DNA of 62,746 bases, filler included, from Rhabdomonas costata (GCA_019059605.1; 33 parts of 33 records of this genome joined end to end with filler, not necessarily neighbours in it), one strand, 5' to 3'; counted from the first letter of the whole stretch, positions 1-13,083 are shown. Made by a program: numbers and translations. Notes: generated from the sequence alone by a model not told the origin.

Positions 1-1806
1 GGGGGTGTGGGGTGCGTGTGGGGGTGTTTTTGTAAAGAAACGAGAACTTTACATTTTTTTGTGGTGAGCAACCTTGAACCCGTGGGCTGATTGTGGCCTC
101 CGGGAGAAGCATTGCTTACAGAGCCTGAAGTGGTTTCTGTGAAATGAGCGTGACTTGGCTTTATCGTCTTTTTTTAACTAGGTTCTGTTTCTTTCGGTTT
201 TGGAATCTTGTTATTGGAGTCTAATTGTCAACTTTGACGTTTTCTTCCTGCTCTGTGGACGAATGTTATTGGCTTTTGTTTGGGTTCGCATGGTGGTTGC
301 TCGCTTTCCACTTGTTTTTTATGTGATGAAAGTTCAGGCTGCACTTGAGCAGTGTTGACCCCGTGTTGACTGACGCTTGGATGGTGTTGGAAGAGTGCCC
401 TGTTTTCTTCCTGTGGTTCTTCTTGATGATTCAGGATTGTACAGGACCCGCACCCCCCGATCCCGCCGAGCCTCAGCCTGGGCTGCCGGGAATTTCTCCT
501 GCGCGGCTTTGCAAAGGACCCTTGCGCCCGCCCCACCGCCCCGGACTTACTCCAGGAGGGCTGGCTGTGTGCCGCCCCAGCAGGGGGCCCCGCCGGCACG
601 CCTGGATCCACCCTTGCTCCCACCCCAGCTCGCCGGCGTCCTATTACGGAACAGGCCGACAACCTCTCCAGCCTTTTCAGGGTGAGCTAGCCCCCCCCCT
701 GCCCCGACTTAATCACACGCACGCACGTTTGCATGTGTCTGTTCTCAGCAACTTCTGAGTAGTTTTACTCTGCACGCTTTCCAAAGGATCAAGATCAAGT
801 TTCTCCTTCACCCAACCCACTCCTACACACCCCACTGCTACACTTTAGCGTGCCGTTTCGTTGTCATCGCTAGCCACAGCTGCACAACATGATGTGCTGT
901 CCCATGTGGGGTTATAAACCGGAGCAGCGCGTTTACAAACAGGTGGTTCTTACCTTTTGCTTGAGTGAACACTCACTCCTTTTCGGTCATCTCCTCTTTT
1001 TTTTACGAAGACGATTTATGCTTGTTTTTTTTCTGACCTCAGGGGGTTGAGGACGAAGGTCTGGAAGGCCCCGGGAGTTTCCGTGGGGCCAGCCGCCTGG
1101 GTGTGCGTTTGCATTTGTCTCATGGCTGGGCTTCTCAGTCTTCATGTCAACCCAGTTTTTCGCTCCTCGTGCAGTGTCGCGGCAGTTGGTGCGGTCCAGG
1201 CGGGTATCCTGACCTTGATCAAGACTTCCTAGTGATAAGCGGACCCAAATTGAATATGGGGTTACAGTGATGCAGTGATGTAGACGATAGTGATTTTGTG
1301 GGCTACAGCAGGGGCGGCAAAGAGCCAGTTGTCGAGCCCCTTTCGGTGTGGGTGGTTTTTGTTAAGTACGTTGTGGGTGCTGCCGTAAACCCTCCGCTGC
1401 GTGGGGCAAGCAACGGCGCAAAGGAATGCGAAAGAGCCGCCAAGGGGCACCACAACCGGACGAGGGTGAAAAGTGAAGGGAATAACCCCTGACTCCAAAG
1501 ACCGGCTATTGAGAAATGCCCGATGCGGATTGGGGTCCATTGGGGTTTGTGTCTGTTTCTATAATGTAGCATGGTTGTTGGTCCGTTATGCAATAGTCCT
1601 CCACACACCTCCACACACCCTTCCACGCAGAGGGTCATGGAGTGCACCCCACGGGCCGCGAGGAAGACCTCTCCGTGGGTCCTCCGCTGCACACCGACTC
1701 CGCGGCTGGTCGGATCCCAAGGCCCACGGGTCCCGGACGCTCCGCCCCTACGAGTGCACAGGCAGCCCTCGGCAAGTCCCAACGTATGACCGGCACCAAC
1801 CACCCC

Positions 1807-1906
1807 NNNNNNNNNNNNNNNNNNNNNNNNNNNNNNNNNNNNNNNNNNNNTTAATTAATTAANNNNNNNNNNNNNNNNNNNNNNNNNNNNNNNNNNNNNN
1901 NNNNNN
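1807..1906. other. Artificial contig spacer (N44 + TTAATTAATTAA + N44); first of 32 such spacers
   Basis: The same linker, with stops in all six frames, recurs about every 1.9 kb (e.g. 3712, 5618, 7524 ... 60843). Confidence 0.99.
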
Positions 1907-2051
1907 GGGTGGAGGGCAAGGTTTCAAAACGTTGCAGACACATTTCTACCAAAGAATAATCGGAGGCACGATGTAATGCCCATGATGCAATGTTACAGAG
2001 TGCTGCCAGAAGATGACCAGCACACATGATAATACCCTTTCTTCGGCACAC

Positions 2052-2434
2052 CTCGGCACCTCCCGTGGACAGAACCCTTCGCAGAATCACGGAGCACATC
2101 TGCCGCAGCCCAGGGTCGGGGCTGACCCCCAGCAGGTGCAGAAGAGCTTGCACCAGCCAGCTCGGGTTTGTCTTCTTGATCTCCTCGTACATCGCCTCGG
2201 CCTGCGCCCCAAACCCAACAGCACAGATGCACCCACCCAAATTCAGCACAACGGGAAGTCCACCCCTTTTATGTTTTGTGGCTGGCCTGAGAGTGCATCC
2301 ATTGCTCATCCTCTCAATGACAACTCCCCGGAAACACAGGGAAAAAGAGCACGGACCTTGTTCCGCAGGGCGTTGTCGGCGGACATCAGATGCGTCAGCA
2401 CTTGCTCAAACTCAGCCTGGGTGGGCGTTGCCAT
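2052..2434 (-). CDS. IPO5: Importin-5 / karyopherin beta-3-like protein, N-terminal two exons (2434-2357, 2201-2052), 3' partial
   Basis: The spliced product MATPTQAEFEQVLTHLMSADNALRNK|AEAMYEEIKKTNPSWLVQALLHLLGVSPDPGLRQMCSVILRRVLS matches the importin-5/Pse1 N-terminal HEAT pattern (L.S.DN..R..AE...R.M..V.LRR). The GT-AG intron is in phase. Confidence 0.8.
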
Positions 2435-4254
2435 GGCTTCACGGAAATCCGCCTAAACACTGGTTCGCTCGTTCACTCGCACTCGCTCGCTCAGTCACCT
2501 CAGTCACTCACACAGCCGTGAAAGACGGGGTGGAGTGGAGCAGGTTAGGCCCTTTAAAGCGAATCGACCCGACGCAACTAACAACCCAGCGTACTTACTT
2601 GTGTGCTTAAGGAGCGCAGCCATCCAGCCAGCAAGGATTTTGGCACTGCGTGCTTTCATGATGACCATCCCCCTTCGTAGCGGGCGGGCTAACGCCACGG
2701 TCCCCGGCAGTGCCCTTTTGTACTGGTTTGAGCTGCCCGGAGTCTGCTGGCTGATGTGGTGAATCCGTATACTTTGTCACAACCGCGTCACGGTGTGTGC
2801 AAGGTTGAACTCCTCACCTTCAAGGAAATTTCCAAACCAAGCTTCACAGGGAATCGTCAACCTCAAAGGATCGTCTCATAGAACGTCGCCCCCACCACTG
2901 TATTCCTCGCACGAGCCAGCAGATTGTGAGACACCAGGGGATGAAGTAAGTGTGCTGAGTGAACCGGAGCTCGCTGCTGCAGTGACTTCTGTTTGAGGGA
3001 GACATGGGTGAGTCGGGAACACAAGTGGCGCAAAAAAATCTTCGCAAAAAAAAACGACACAAATTCCCGAAAGCGGTCACAGGAACTGCACCACGGGAAT
3101 TGGGCCTGCGTGTCGCACGATCGTCAAAAACGCATTGCAAAAGTCATCACGGCGAGAAGGCAGTGCAAGTGATTCTGGAATATGAAGACGCGGTACATGG
3201 TCGCCAAAGCGTTCCCGACAGCAACAGCACTGGCCTTAAGTTCTGGGGCGCCCGGTCCTCACTTTACTCCCCGAAGAACAGCGACAGCCTCCACTGTCGG
3301 GTCACTGTCTTGGTCGACACCATAGTCGAAGGTGGCAGGCAGAACTGCGCATGTGACCTGTTGCAGAAAGATCGGAAGGCTTCTGAATGTGGGCAACAAA
3401 AACTATGCCATGGTGACATAGAATCATGGTACTTCTCTTCTGTTTCTATACCGCGGTAACGAGCTCTTTGAACATTTGTTCCTGCGCAGACTCAGGAGAT
3501 ACCTTGCTGTTTCCTCGCATGTTTACAAGCAAAGTGTTACAGGTTTGTTCCCAGTTTTCTTAGGACCCTACAGAAAGCAAACAACTAAGTCTGAACAAAA
3601 ACAAACAAATTAAAAGCAAAAATGAATGCGAAACAATGAATAAGCCCATTCCTTCAAGCTCCTCAGTAAGGGACCCATGGAAAAAAAGAAAGAAATAGTA
3701 TCCCAAACACCNNNNNNNNNNNNNNNNNNNNNNNNNNNNNNNNNNNNNNNNNNNNTTAATTAATTAANNNNNNNNNNNNNNNNNNNNNNNNNNNNNNNNN
3801 NNNNNNNNNNNTGTTGTGTGTTCTATTCGCTGTCTCTCCTTGTGTGGATTGGGTTCGGTGTTGTGTGTTTATGTGTGAAAGCGGTGTTGAAACCACAGGT
3901 GCGCCATTACCGCTATTTTCGCTCTGAATTTCGCTAGACAATCACGTTGGGATCCCAAGTTACGAAGCCCGCCTGGTCTCGACCAGATCGAAGTCAGCTC
4001 AGTATGTGGCAAGCTCTTCAAGTGAAACAGCTTACTTGAAGTTCCCTTTTGTTCAATTGTTCTCGCCTCGTGCGCGCGCGCGCGCGCGCTCGAGTGCCAG
4101 TTAGCGCCATTCAGAACGCGAGTTTCCATTTGCACCATTTAGCGCCAGATCAAAACGGAAGGGGCCTCCAGTTCGGCTGCTCAGCAGCAGCGGGTCACTC
4201 GCCAGCCCCCTCACCATGCGCCCCATTGAATTCCTCTTTTATTTTTTTTTGCAG

Positions 4255-5128
4255 GCTGCAGAAATTTTGCAGTCGCAAGGGCTTCTTCGGAAGGATCTCC
4301 AGGACTTTGTCACCCGCACCTTCAACGCGCTGGACCGGCCCAGCCCTCAAGGCTGCCTCGGCTTCGGAAAGTTCGGGGTGTTTGTGGGCCACGTGCGACT
4401 GATGCTGGGGCTGCCCCCCCTCAGCGGGGAGCCCAAGCGAAAGGCGTTCGAGGCCTTGGCCGGATCCCAGCGCAAAGCTGTCTCCCTCCCTCAGCTGCAG
4501 ACCTTGGTGTGTGATTGTGGGTGTGTGGATATGTATGGTGTATGGTCCTCCGATAAATTGACTTGGAGATTCCAGGCAGTATTTGAGGCGAAGAGAAACC
4601 TGAGTGTTGGGGGCTTGAGCGACAGGAAGGCTTGTTTTCAGGCATTCCTTGTTAGGCAACACACCTTTTCCCCAAACACACACCCGTACCCCAAAAATCC
4701 AAGACCGCTTGCTCTCCCAGCCGTCCCGTCTCCCCCGAAATTCATCCATTCGATTGGTGCTGCCCTGAAATCTTCCAGAGCATAGATCGCCGATATCCCC
4801 ACACGTGCAGATGCCCACGAAGTGCATGGATGCTCACCTATCGTCGCTGACTTCGGAGCGCAGTGGTAAATTGAACGATGGCCTATCTTGTTGTTGTTGT
4901 TAAGCTCGGTACAAGCATAGCCACTACCTTGGTGTGGGTTTAGGTCGAGGCGTACGTGGAGGAGTACAGAGAGCTGAACCTTCAGCGCCGGTCTCCGCCG
5001 CCCAAGGCTCCTTCCAAGCCAGCGGAGCGCACGGCAGGCCGCACCAAGGAGGCGGGGAGCTCCTCGGAGTCTGAGCCTGAGGCGGACACCAGCACCGATG
5101 GGGCTGAGCCCAGGCGCTCTGGCAGCAG
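4255..5128 (+). CDS. Hypothetical protein with degenerate EF-hand-like pair, two internal exons (4255-4506, 4944-5128)
   Basis: FVTRTFNALDRPSPQGCLGFGKF and KAFEALAGSQRKAVSLPQLQTL|VEAY resemble helix-loop-helix EF-hand units. AG/GT borders join in frame. Confidence 0.45.
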
Positions 5129-6034
5129 GTGCCTTTCTTTGCTTTCTTTTGTCTGCGTGAGATCCTTGCTTGTGGTGGAAATGGTGTCGAGAAAGTGTGC
5201 AGTTGCTGATACCACGGAGCGATTGAGTTTTGGTAGTGGAGATATGAGCCCTGTGCGCAACCGACACGTACGGCAATCTCAAGCCTCCGCCTTGCAGTTA
5301 TTGAAAGATGTTTGGGAGACGGTGTTTTGCCTTCACCAATCATAGGTTTGCTCCATTTTATGCAAGAGAAATGCGAAGAAAAAATACGAAAAAAAAAGTG
5401 AAAAAAAAACGAAACGAATAAACGATTTCTGACACATATGCGGAAATGTGGCGATCCCTGGGCGATGGCTGACCCACTTTGCGTTCCCTGTTTCTGTGCA
5501 TCCCTTTTCTTCGCTCCCTCCCCCTCTCTCCCGAAGGTCCTCGTCTCGTCACGGCAGCAGCCATTCCAGCCAGAAGCCCAGTCCCATGGCAGGTACGCGA
5601 CCCTCGCTCGCCCACCANNNNNNNNNNNNNNNNNNNNNNNNNNNNNNNNNNNNNNNNNNNNTTAATTAATTAANNNNNNNNNNNNNNNNNNNNNNNNNNN
5701 NNNNNNNNNNNNNNNNNGGTGTTGTGTGTCATACACAGAACAATGAAAAAAAACGGTGACGGTCTGTGTAGGGGTGAGCCGGGGGAGCAGCAGGGAGCTC
5801 CGCCCCGACGACGCGGTTGGAACTGAATGGAGAGCAGTGGGTCAAACGCTCGTGCTTCGCCCCAATTACATTAAGAAAGGATCACTTTCACTACGGTTTT
5901 CTCAGCTTAAATGGCGCCCTGGTTTGCTACGGAAGCGAGAAAAAGAGAGAGAAAGGAAAACTTCAAGGGCACGCCCGCACAGACGGCGTGTTAACCCACT
6001 ACGGTTCAGCAGAAAAAGATACACAGGGCACGAC

Positions 6035-6388
6035 CCGACGATTCCCAGCTTAGCAGAAGGCAACAACTTGCCACTGTTTTGCAGCAGCATCGGCAACCTT
6101 GGATCAAGGAAAAGAAAGTAGCTATAGGGCGCTCGACATGATCATTGCTTTCGAGGGTGCTGCTTGGGGCGTGAACATAGGAGGGGGGGAGGGGAGGAAC
6201 CAGGGCTTTGGGTCTCTCCACTCGAAGCTGTACCGATACGCCGACATCTTCACCCAGGCGGCGTCCCAGCCCCAGCACGGCTTCAGCTCGGCCAGAAGTT
6301 CAGGCTTCGGGATCTCATCGACGTCCGTCGTGTACACCATGTCCGTGGGCTGCGCCCCAGCCGCTGGGAGGCACTTCCGGATCGCGTA
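6035..6388 (-). CDS. Glycosyltransferase family 17 (MGAT3/GnT-III-like) internal exons (6388-6201; tentative 6097-6035)
   Basis: YAIRKCLPAAGAQPTDMVYTTDVDEIPKPELLAELKPC...YRYSFEW contains the GT17 D-V-D-E-I-P motif and the downstream Y.YSFE segment. A CAG acceptor lies at 6389-6391. Confidence 0.8.
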
Positions 6389-8698
6389 CTGCGGAAAGGC
6401 CCCCGGAGAGTAGCGTGTGGTCGCGAAGGCAGAGTTGACGTGGCGGGGCAGCTGTTGCGCTGAACAGCGGGTTTTCGACTTCCACTTTCACTTTCTTTGG
6501 AACCATGAACCAGAGTTAAAAGGTCAATAATGGCGGAACATCATTTCGAGGCCTTCCTCAAGCATTGCCTTGACTGAAGAAGTGTTCTTCCCTAGGTGGG
6601 TGTCAAGGGACCAAGTATCCGGTAAAATTAATGCAGACTCCAGAGAAAAGCGTCCCAGCTCCCTCTTTTGATTGGAGATGGCTAAAACCGGATCGCAACG
6701 CTGGGCAGCGATAGCAGACTAGCCAATGACAGCACATTGACATCTCCCATCTCCCTTTAGGCCTCCCTTCTGCTGGGCGCATCAAAGCCTCTCACATCTC
6801 ATCTGGCGATGCCCTGCATCTCGCTAACCGCCGCTTGGGTCAAAGAAAACGACCGCTCAGCGGAAGGCGTCAATGACAAAACTCATTGCACCTCGAGGAG
6901 GGCAGAGGACGCACCTCCCGGGTTCCCATTTCCCGTTGCATTGCAATGTTTCCCGTTGCCACTCGGTTCCCCAGCCTCAGCAGAGGGCCTGGGTTAATCA
7001 GCTGGCGGGGACCCAACAGGCAGTGAAAAATCTTCGATTGAAACCTGAACGCACAAAAGAGCAACAAGCAGATGCACAAGTGACAACGACACCAACGGGA
7101 ACAATATTTGTCGACGGCAGGAGGGAAATGCTCGGGGGGGGAGGTGCCTTTCGCCAAGCCGTATTCCAACCCTCAACCAAGTTTTCCTTCCCATTGATAT
7201 GAGTGTATCAAGAGAAAGATCCGTCTACCTTTACGAGCCTAGAAATCCAGGCTAGAAGGAAGAATTCGTTGCAGAGACATCCACACAAGCTATAACAAGG
7301 GGCGCTTCGGATCTGGCTAAAAATAGAAGGCACAGGTTGACCCGACAGAAGCAGACACAGACACGAGCAGTAGTGCCGTCTAGGGTCAGAGTCTGGAACG
7401 ATACCGCTCAAACTTCGCTTTGTTCGCCAAGTAAACCGCGGGCTTGGGCTTCGCTGTGAAGGACAGCGAGCTCTCCACCAGCACAAACACGTCCACAACA
7501 TTCCAAAGCTCATTCAGACGCACNNNNNNNNNNNNNNNNNNNNNNNNNNNNNNNNNNNNNNNNNNNNTTAATTAATTAANNNNNNNNNNNNNNNNNNNNN
7601 NNNNNNNNNNNNNNNNNNNNNNNTCGTTTTGAGTACCCGCACAGCAAAGCGGTGCGCTTTTTTTTGCTCTGCACACCTCAACGAGGCTGACAAGATGCAA
7701 CACCCTAAAGGAGGATTGCGTAGAGGATACGGACTGTCCCTCGCGCGGCGTTGCTGTAGGTGGAAGTATGTCTCAGTGGCCCCCTTGATTGCGGCAGAGA
7801 CATACTTCTTAACTCTCTCTCCCCCCTCCCCACTTTCGTTGCAAACACTGTCTTGCTCGCTCACTGTGTGTCTGGTCTGTGTGTTTGTTCCCTGTGCCCG
7901 CCTCCGTGTTCTTCTTGCTGATAAATGAGAAAAGCAAAACCCGTGTGTTCCCCAGCACTTCTGTGTTGTTCTGCGCAATCCCCCATCTTGAGCCACAGCA
8001 CCCTATCGTTTATGAGGGGTTGCCCCATTCTTTCGTCCATCTCTGGTTCCTTTTTCGAGGAGGTTCCTCCAGGCAGGTTGACCGGCTTTACTACTGGGGT
8101 TGCATGGCGCATCCACCTAGAATCATTCCTCGGCCGCAATCCCCGCGTGCATTTCGGCACCGCTGCGGCACCGCTGCATCACCATCGCCTACCAAAGCCA
8201 CCCACTGCTTGCCGGAGTGAGAGGGTCTCTGGCATCTCTCTCTTGGACAGGACACGAATGAGCAGAAGGCAGAAGGTGATCCTGGGCGAGGATCGCCCAC
8301 ACACACACGCACCTTGTACCTTCTAACGTGTGTGCTCTTTTTTGGTGTGCAGGGAAAGTTCTTGCGCCCATACACATGTACAGTCACCCGACAGGTCATC
8401 CCCCTGCTTTCCGCACTGTGCGGGAAGATTTCTGTACCAGCCAGTGGTTCCTTTTTGGTTCCACCCACCTGCAACCTCCCGTGCGCATCTTTGTGCGTGC
8501 CTGCCGGCTGTGCGGTGCTTGTCAAAGTGTTTTTCGCTCTCCTCTCTGTCGCTCTGTATTGTTCTCTCGATGAAAAGCGCCTCACGCACAGCCCTGTACT
8601 GTCCTTCTCGAGAATTCTCTTTCCATCCGCTGTCACGTGGATTCATGTTCCGCTTGCGCTGGTGGAAAAATCTTTGCGGTGCTTTGTGCAGGTGGGGT

Positions 8699-8728
8699 TT
8701 AGGGTTAGGGTTAGGGTTATGGTTAGGG
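8699..8728 (+). repeat. Short interstitial telomeric-type repeat (TTAGGG)x5, one variant unit
   Basis: ttaggg ttaggg ttaggg ttatgg ttaggg, read directly in mid-contig. Confidence 0.85.
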
Positions 8729-9523
8729 TTTACAGGATGGCGGATGAAAATTTGAACCGCACACCAGTTTAAAATTATTTTTAAGAAACCCTGCCTGGTT
8801 TTAAAAAGTCTCTGGCTCCTGATGCTATTGTCACCCCATGCCCATCAGAAGCCATCAGTGGAGTGCAGGTTTTCAATCGGACCAAAATGGCCAATTGGAA
8901 GGAATGAAGTTTGTGTTGCCATGTAAACCTTGCCAAACCATCTAAACCTTGCCAAGTTTTCTGGTGACGAGAAACAGCCACGTCTGTCCAACAGCAAGGT
9001 TCAGGGTGGCTGGAAGCAACGCGATGAGCATGATGTTTTCTTGCCCATATTCTTTTGGAATTCATTGCTCATGAACCTGTGTGCGCTGGAACAAAGGTGA
9101 CGCGCAGTTAAGTTTGGGACATTATCTGGACGAAAGCCCGACACAGCCTATTTACGTCTTGCCGAACGCGAACATTTCCGCAAGACACTACTTCGTTATA
9201 CACAGGGCCCGGTTTCTTTCCTACGCTTTTATGCCATGTGTCTTCGTATAACCCCTTGCTGAATTACGCAAATGCCTGGGATGGTCCCATTTTCAGGGGT
9301 TTTGGCGCTCCTTCTGCCTCACCGCGGATGCTTTTCTTGCGTTTCACCCTTTTGGTTTTATTGGGCCGCTTTTCTCCATCAATCTTTTCGGCTCGAGATT
9401 TTTTATGAAGCAAAACCAACACANNNNNNNNNNNNNNNNNNNNNNNNNNNNNNNNNNNNNNNNNNNNTTAATTAATTAANNNNNNNNNNNNNNNNNNNNN
9501 NNNNNNNNNNNNNNNNNNNNNNN

Positions 9524-10050
9524 GGTTTTTCGCGGTTCCCTTTGCTCATACACGAGCAGCGTTGCCTCCTCTGCCCTGTACGACTCCGATGGTCCACCAC
9601 ATTCCGTCTCTTCTTCCCCGAATATCCACTGTGTAGTGTCCCGCCTTCCCACCCCCGGTGATTGACTACGGCCACCAAATCTTACAGGGCCGTATTATGG
9701 GGTTCCAGCTTCACAGATGCCAAGCCTAATTGCCACGGTGACTGCACCATTGTGCGTAATTCCCTGGCGGTAACATTAACCGGACTCGTTTGAGTCCCAG
9801 AACAAGCACCTGCGGGAGCTTTGCCAACCTTAGCCTTTTAGTTGCGAGCACTTTCCGTTGACATCTGGGGCAGCCTTTTCGTTGCGAGCACTTTCCGTTG
9901 ACATCTGGGGCATATGAATGTGTTTTCCATGTCCACAACCTCATCCCCGAAGTGGTCCATCCAGGGCGACGACAGGTCTTTCCGGGACGGCCATAAGCAC
10001 AACTGTCTCTTCCCTCACTGTTGATGTCTTACCTCCTGTGAAAACCCGGC
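9524..10050 (-). pseudogene. Decayed intronless ubiquitin-specific protease (peptidase C19) C-terminal half
   Basis: Across frameshifts it reads MDHFGDEVVDMENTFICPRCQRKVLATKRLRLAKLPQVLVLGLKRV ... *DLVAVVNHRG / GKAGHYTVDIRGRRDGMWW / EATLLVYEQR. These correspond to the USP finger CxxC, LP.VL...LKR, His box and terminal (A)YLLFY motifs. Confidence 0.8.
9841..9912. repeat. Tandem duplication with 40-nt period inside the USP pseudogene
   Basis: gttgcgagcactttccgttgacatctggggca occurs at 9841 and 9881 and shifts the reading frame. Confidence 0.95.
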
Positions 10051-10821
10051 AACGCTCATTTTCCTCTTTCCATGAAAGCTTCATTCCAAAATTCCAAAAT
10101 ATTCCAAAACACACACACTCACTTGGTGCACTTGGCAAGGATGAGTTTTTTTTGGGGAGGACTCGAGGCCCACTCCCCCCCTGGGCTCCCACCTTTCGAT
10201 GGGGCATGGGCACGCGCACACACACACACGCACACACACGCACACACACACGCAGGAGAGATGTGGCGCCAACGCGACAGAAGGCGAAGGGAGGATGTGA
10301 CAATTTTGGAAAGAGGAAACTTCGTTTCAAAAGGCAGAAGACATTGATACACAACCAAAATTTCAAATTTTGAAAAAAACTCTCATCTTGCGTGGTGCAA
10401 ATTCTTATCTTTTCCAAGTCCCACATCTTGAGTGAAAAACGGAACGGAACGGAATGAGATGGTTGAAGAGAATTTCTGTAATAAAAACCAACAGCCTACA
10501 ACGTGTATATGAAGAGGACAAAAAGGGAAAAGAAACTCCTCTGTATGGGCAGGGTGAAAGGGTGACATATTGAGTAAGATTTTATTCAATTCGTCTGTCG
10601 TTGGACTGATGTGAGATGGTTTGCTCTTTATTTCAGATTTTTGTTCTTAGTCAGACCTTTGATGGCGTGAACCTCTTTAGAAAATTAGTTGTACTTGATC
10701 GTAGTATTGGGGGGAAAGATGGAAAATGTTTGAGTTCAAATTTATATGGAAAGTGGATTGAAAGATAGGGGCAACTTTTTTTTTACTATGAAGCATTCGG
10801 TGCATGCTTATGTTTACTAAA

Positions 10822-11275
10822 ATGGTTAAGCCAAAGTCCCAGTCAATGAGAGAAAAGAAGAGCAGAGGCTCTCACCTGTTTGACTCGTGGTTCTCTACAG
10901 CTGTTCTACTCGTTCTTCAAGACTCTTGTGAACAAGGATGTGGTCGTGGAGCTCAAGAATGACATCATGATTTCGGGGACTCTCGCTGGTGTTGACCAGT
11001 TTCTGAACCTGAAGCTTGAGAACATTGTTGTTAACGAGGAAAAATGCCCCCAGCTGGTCGGCACTCTTCTTTACTTCACAGTTACAGGGACCAGGCCATA
11101 GCATGTTTTTGAATTCACTTGTCTCCTGCAGGCAAGTGTGAAAAGCTGCTTTGTCAGAGGTTCCGTGGTGAGGTACGTGCAGCTTCCTGCAACTGAGGTT
11201 GAAACGGATTTGCTGCAGGACGCCACCAGGAAAGAGCACAGTAACCAAGTTGCTGCTGCCGAGAAGACCAAGTGA
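10822..11275 (+). CDS. LSM2: U6 snRNA-associated Sm-like protein LSm2 (exons 10822-10824 ATG only, 10901-11056, 11132-11275)
   Basis: M|LFYSFFKTLVNKDVVVELKNDIMISGTLAGVDQFLNLKLENIVVNEEKCPQL|ASVKSCFVRGSVVRYVQLPATEVETDLLQDATRKE...TGA, with two GT-AG introns of 76 and 75 nt. The position of the ATG exon is inferred. Confidence 0.95.
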
Positions 11276-11981
11276 GGCTTCTTGGTTTCTGTCCTCGGCC
11301 CTGTTGGTCGAGGACAGAAACCAACCCCCNNNNNNNNNNNNNNNNNNNNNNNNNNNNNNNNNNNNNNNNNNNNTTAATTAATTAANNNNNNNNNNNNNNN
11401 NNNNNNNNNNNNNNNNNNNNNNNNNNNNNGGGTGTTGGGAGTGTTGAGAGTGATGGTGGCGGGGATTCGTGGATCTACTCAGAAGCGATCTCAGAATCTC
11501 TGCGTGCTATTTCATTACGCGCAGAATGCGAGGGCCATTTCACTTTTCTCCAGGAGAAAAACAGCCCGTTCTGAAAAAGAGCTACGTGCGGTGACGCTGT
11601 CCAGCTTCTATTGTCCTCTAGATGCGAAGCTTGTCAAAGAACGCGGTTGGGACACGTTCAGGTGACATGAAGCCAGGTACACGCTTATCGATGTCAGATC
11701 CCAAACCGCTTATGTGCATTAAGCGGTCGAAGCATCCATTGTTCCTGACATTTCTTGCAAATGTACTTCTTAATTGATGAGGAGGGGCGAGGTGGGGGGA
11801 GGGGGTCATCTGCAAACGCCGGTAGAAGCGCTCCCGCTGCCCCCGCCCTCCCCCGGAATGGCTTTTCAGAAAAGATCCTGACCAATTGGCTGCAATTCTC
11901 TTTCCTGCCGTGACGCCTCAGCAGAAGATTCACTCCAACGCTTTAGCACCACGTCAGCGAAAAAAAAGAGGGGGGGTTTGC

Positions 11982-13083
11982 CTGGAGTTTTGCCAAACGC
12001 CCCGCCGGACCCACTGTCCGCAGGACCCTTCCCAAAACCCGTGGCCCAGTCATCCCCTCCGGACGTGGCCGCAGGGGGAGGAGCGGTCTTAACAGGCGAC
12101 GACAAGGCGGGCTTCGCTGAGGGAGCTGCCGCAGGGGGGGGACTATCCCCGAAACCAGAGCTTGCCGGGAATCCTAATTTGGGGAGTGGAACAAACACAT
12201 GTATAGGAGAAACCCGATAACAACAGTCAGAATGTGAGAGAAGGAAGGTAGGCCAGGGGTTCAGTGAACACAGGGAAAGGAGAATCTTAGCATTGGAGGA
12301 TAAGGTTAAAATCAGAGGGCAATATCTGTTCTCTAAGCAATCAAGGCAGGAGAGCACAGCACCAAGACGAAGGATATTGTGAGGGGAGGGAGGAAAGGGA
12401 ACGAAAAACGGATGAATATGAAGTGTGCAGGACAGAGAAACGTGTGTACACACCGAAGTCGGCGTTGGCGTTGGGAGCATTTCCAAAGGCGGAATCCCCG
12501 AAAGGGGCGGCGCCACTGCAAAACGGAAAAATAGCGAAGCCCACATCACAACCAGAGGAGCGGAATCAAGATCACTGAGTCCACAAAGCAAACACAAGTA
12601 AACAATCTACACTGTTGCGAGAGGGCAAGTGAACGTCCGGGAGAGCAAAAAAAGGGAGAGCAAAAAGCCAGTGGACGCCGACAACATTACAGTTGATTAC
12701 GAATGTGCACACACGCATGTGCACACACATGATCCCCGCCACAGGAAAGAAAAGAATTGAGCTCAAATGTGGCATCGGGGCTGAGGGTGCCTCCACTCCT
12801 CACATTTCCGGAAAGGACCACCGAATGTTTGCAGCAACAACATAAAACAAAGCAAAAACGTCCATATTATGGTCTTTCGCACCCACAGAACTCCAATCCC
12901 AAATCCTCAGGCAAGCACTAACCACGCCTCCTCTCTCTCTCTCTTTAGCACACCCAAATCCAGAGTCCGGGAAGGCAGCGAAGCCGAACTCTGCGCTGGG
13001 CGGTGGCGCCGCACTGGGCACCTGGCCGGACCCGGAGGAAGACAGGGCAGATCCCGTGCTGGCTGCAGGCTTCGCCGTCGCCC
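11982..13083 (-). CDS. Low-complexity protein with FG/DFG/DDW motifs (possible endocytic/AP-adaptor-binding protein), internal exons
   Basis: Phase-compatible exons give ...SAEFGFAAFPDSGFG|GAAPFGDSAFGNAPNANADFG|FPASSGFGDSPPP...GDDWATGFGKGPADSGSGGAFGKTP. The function is a guess from short motifs only. Confidence 0.5.

Noticed and set aside
4071..4090. (CG)n run, and the many (CA)n/(GT)n tracts elsewhere (e.g. 10215, 20785, 28597)
   Set aside because: Ordinary microsatellites in introns and intergenic DNA.
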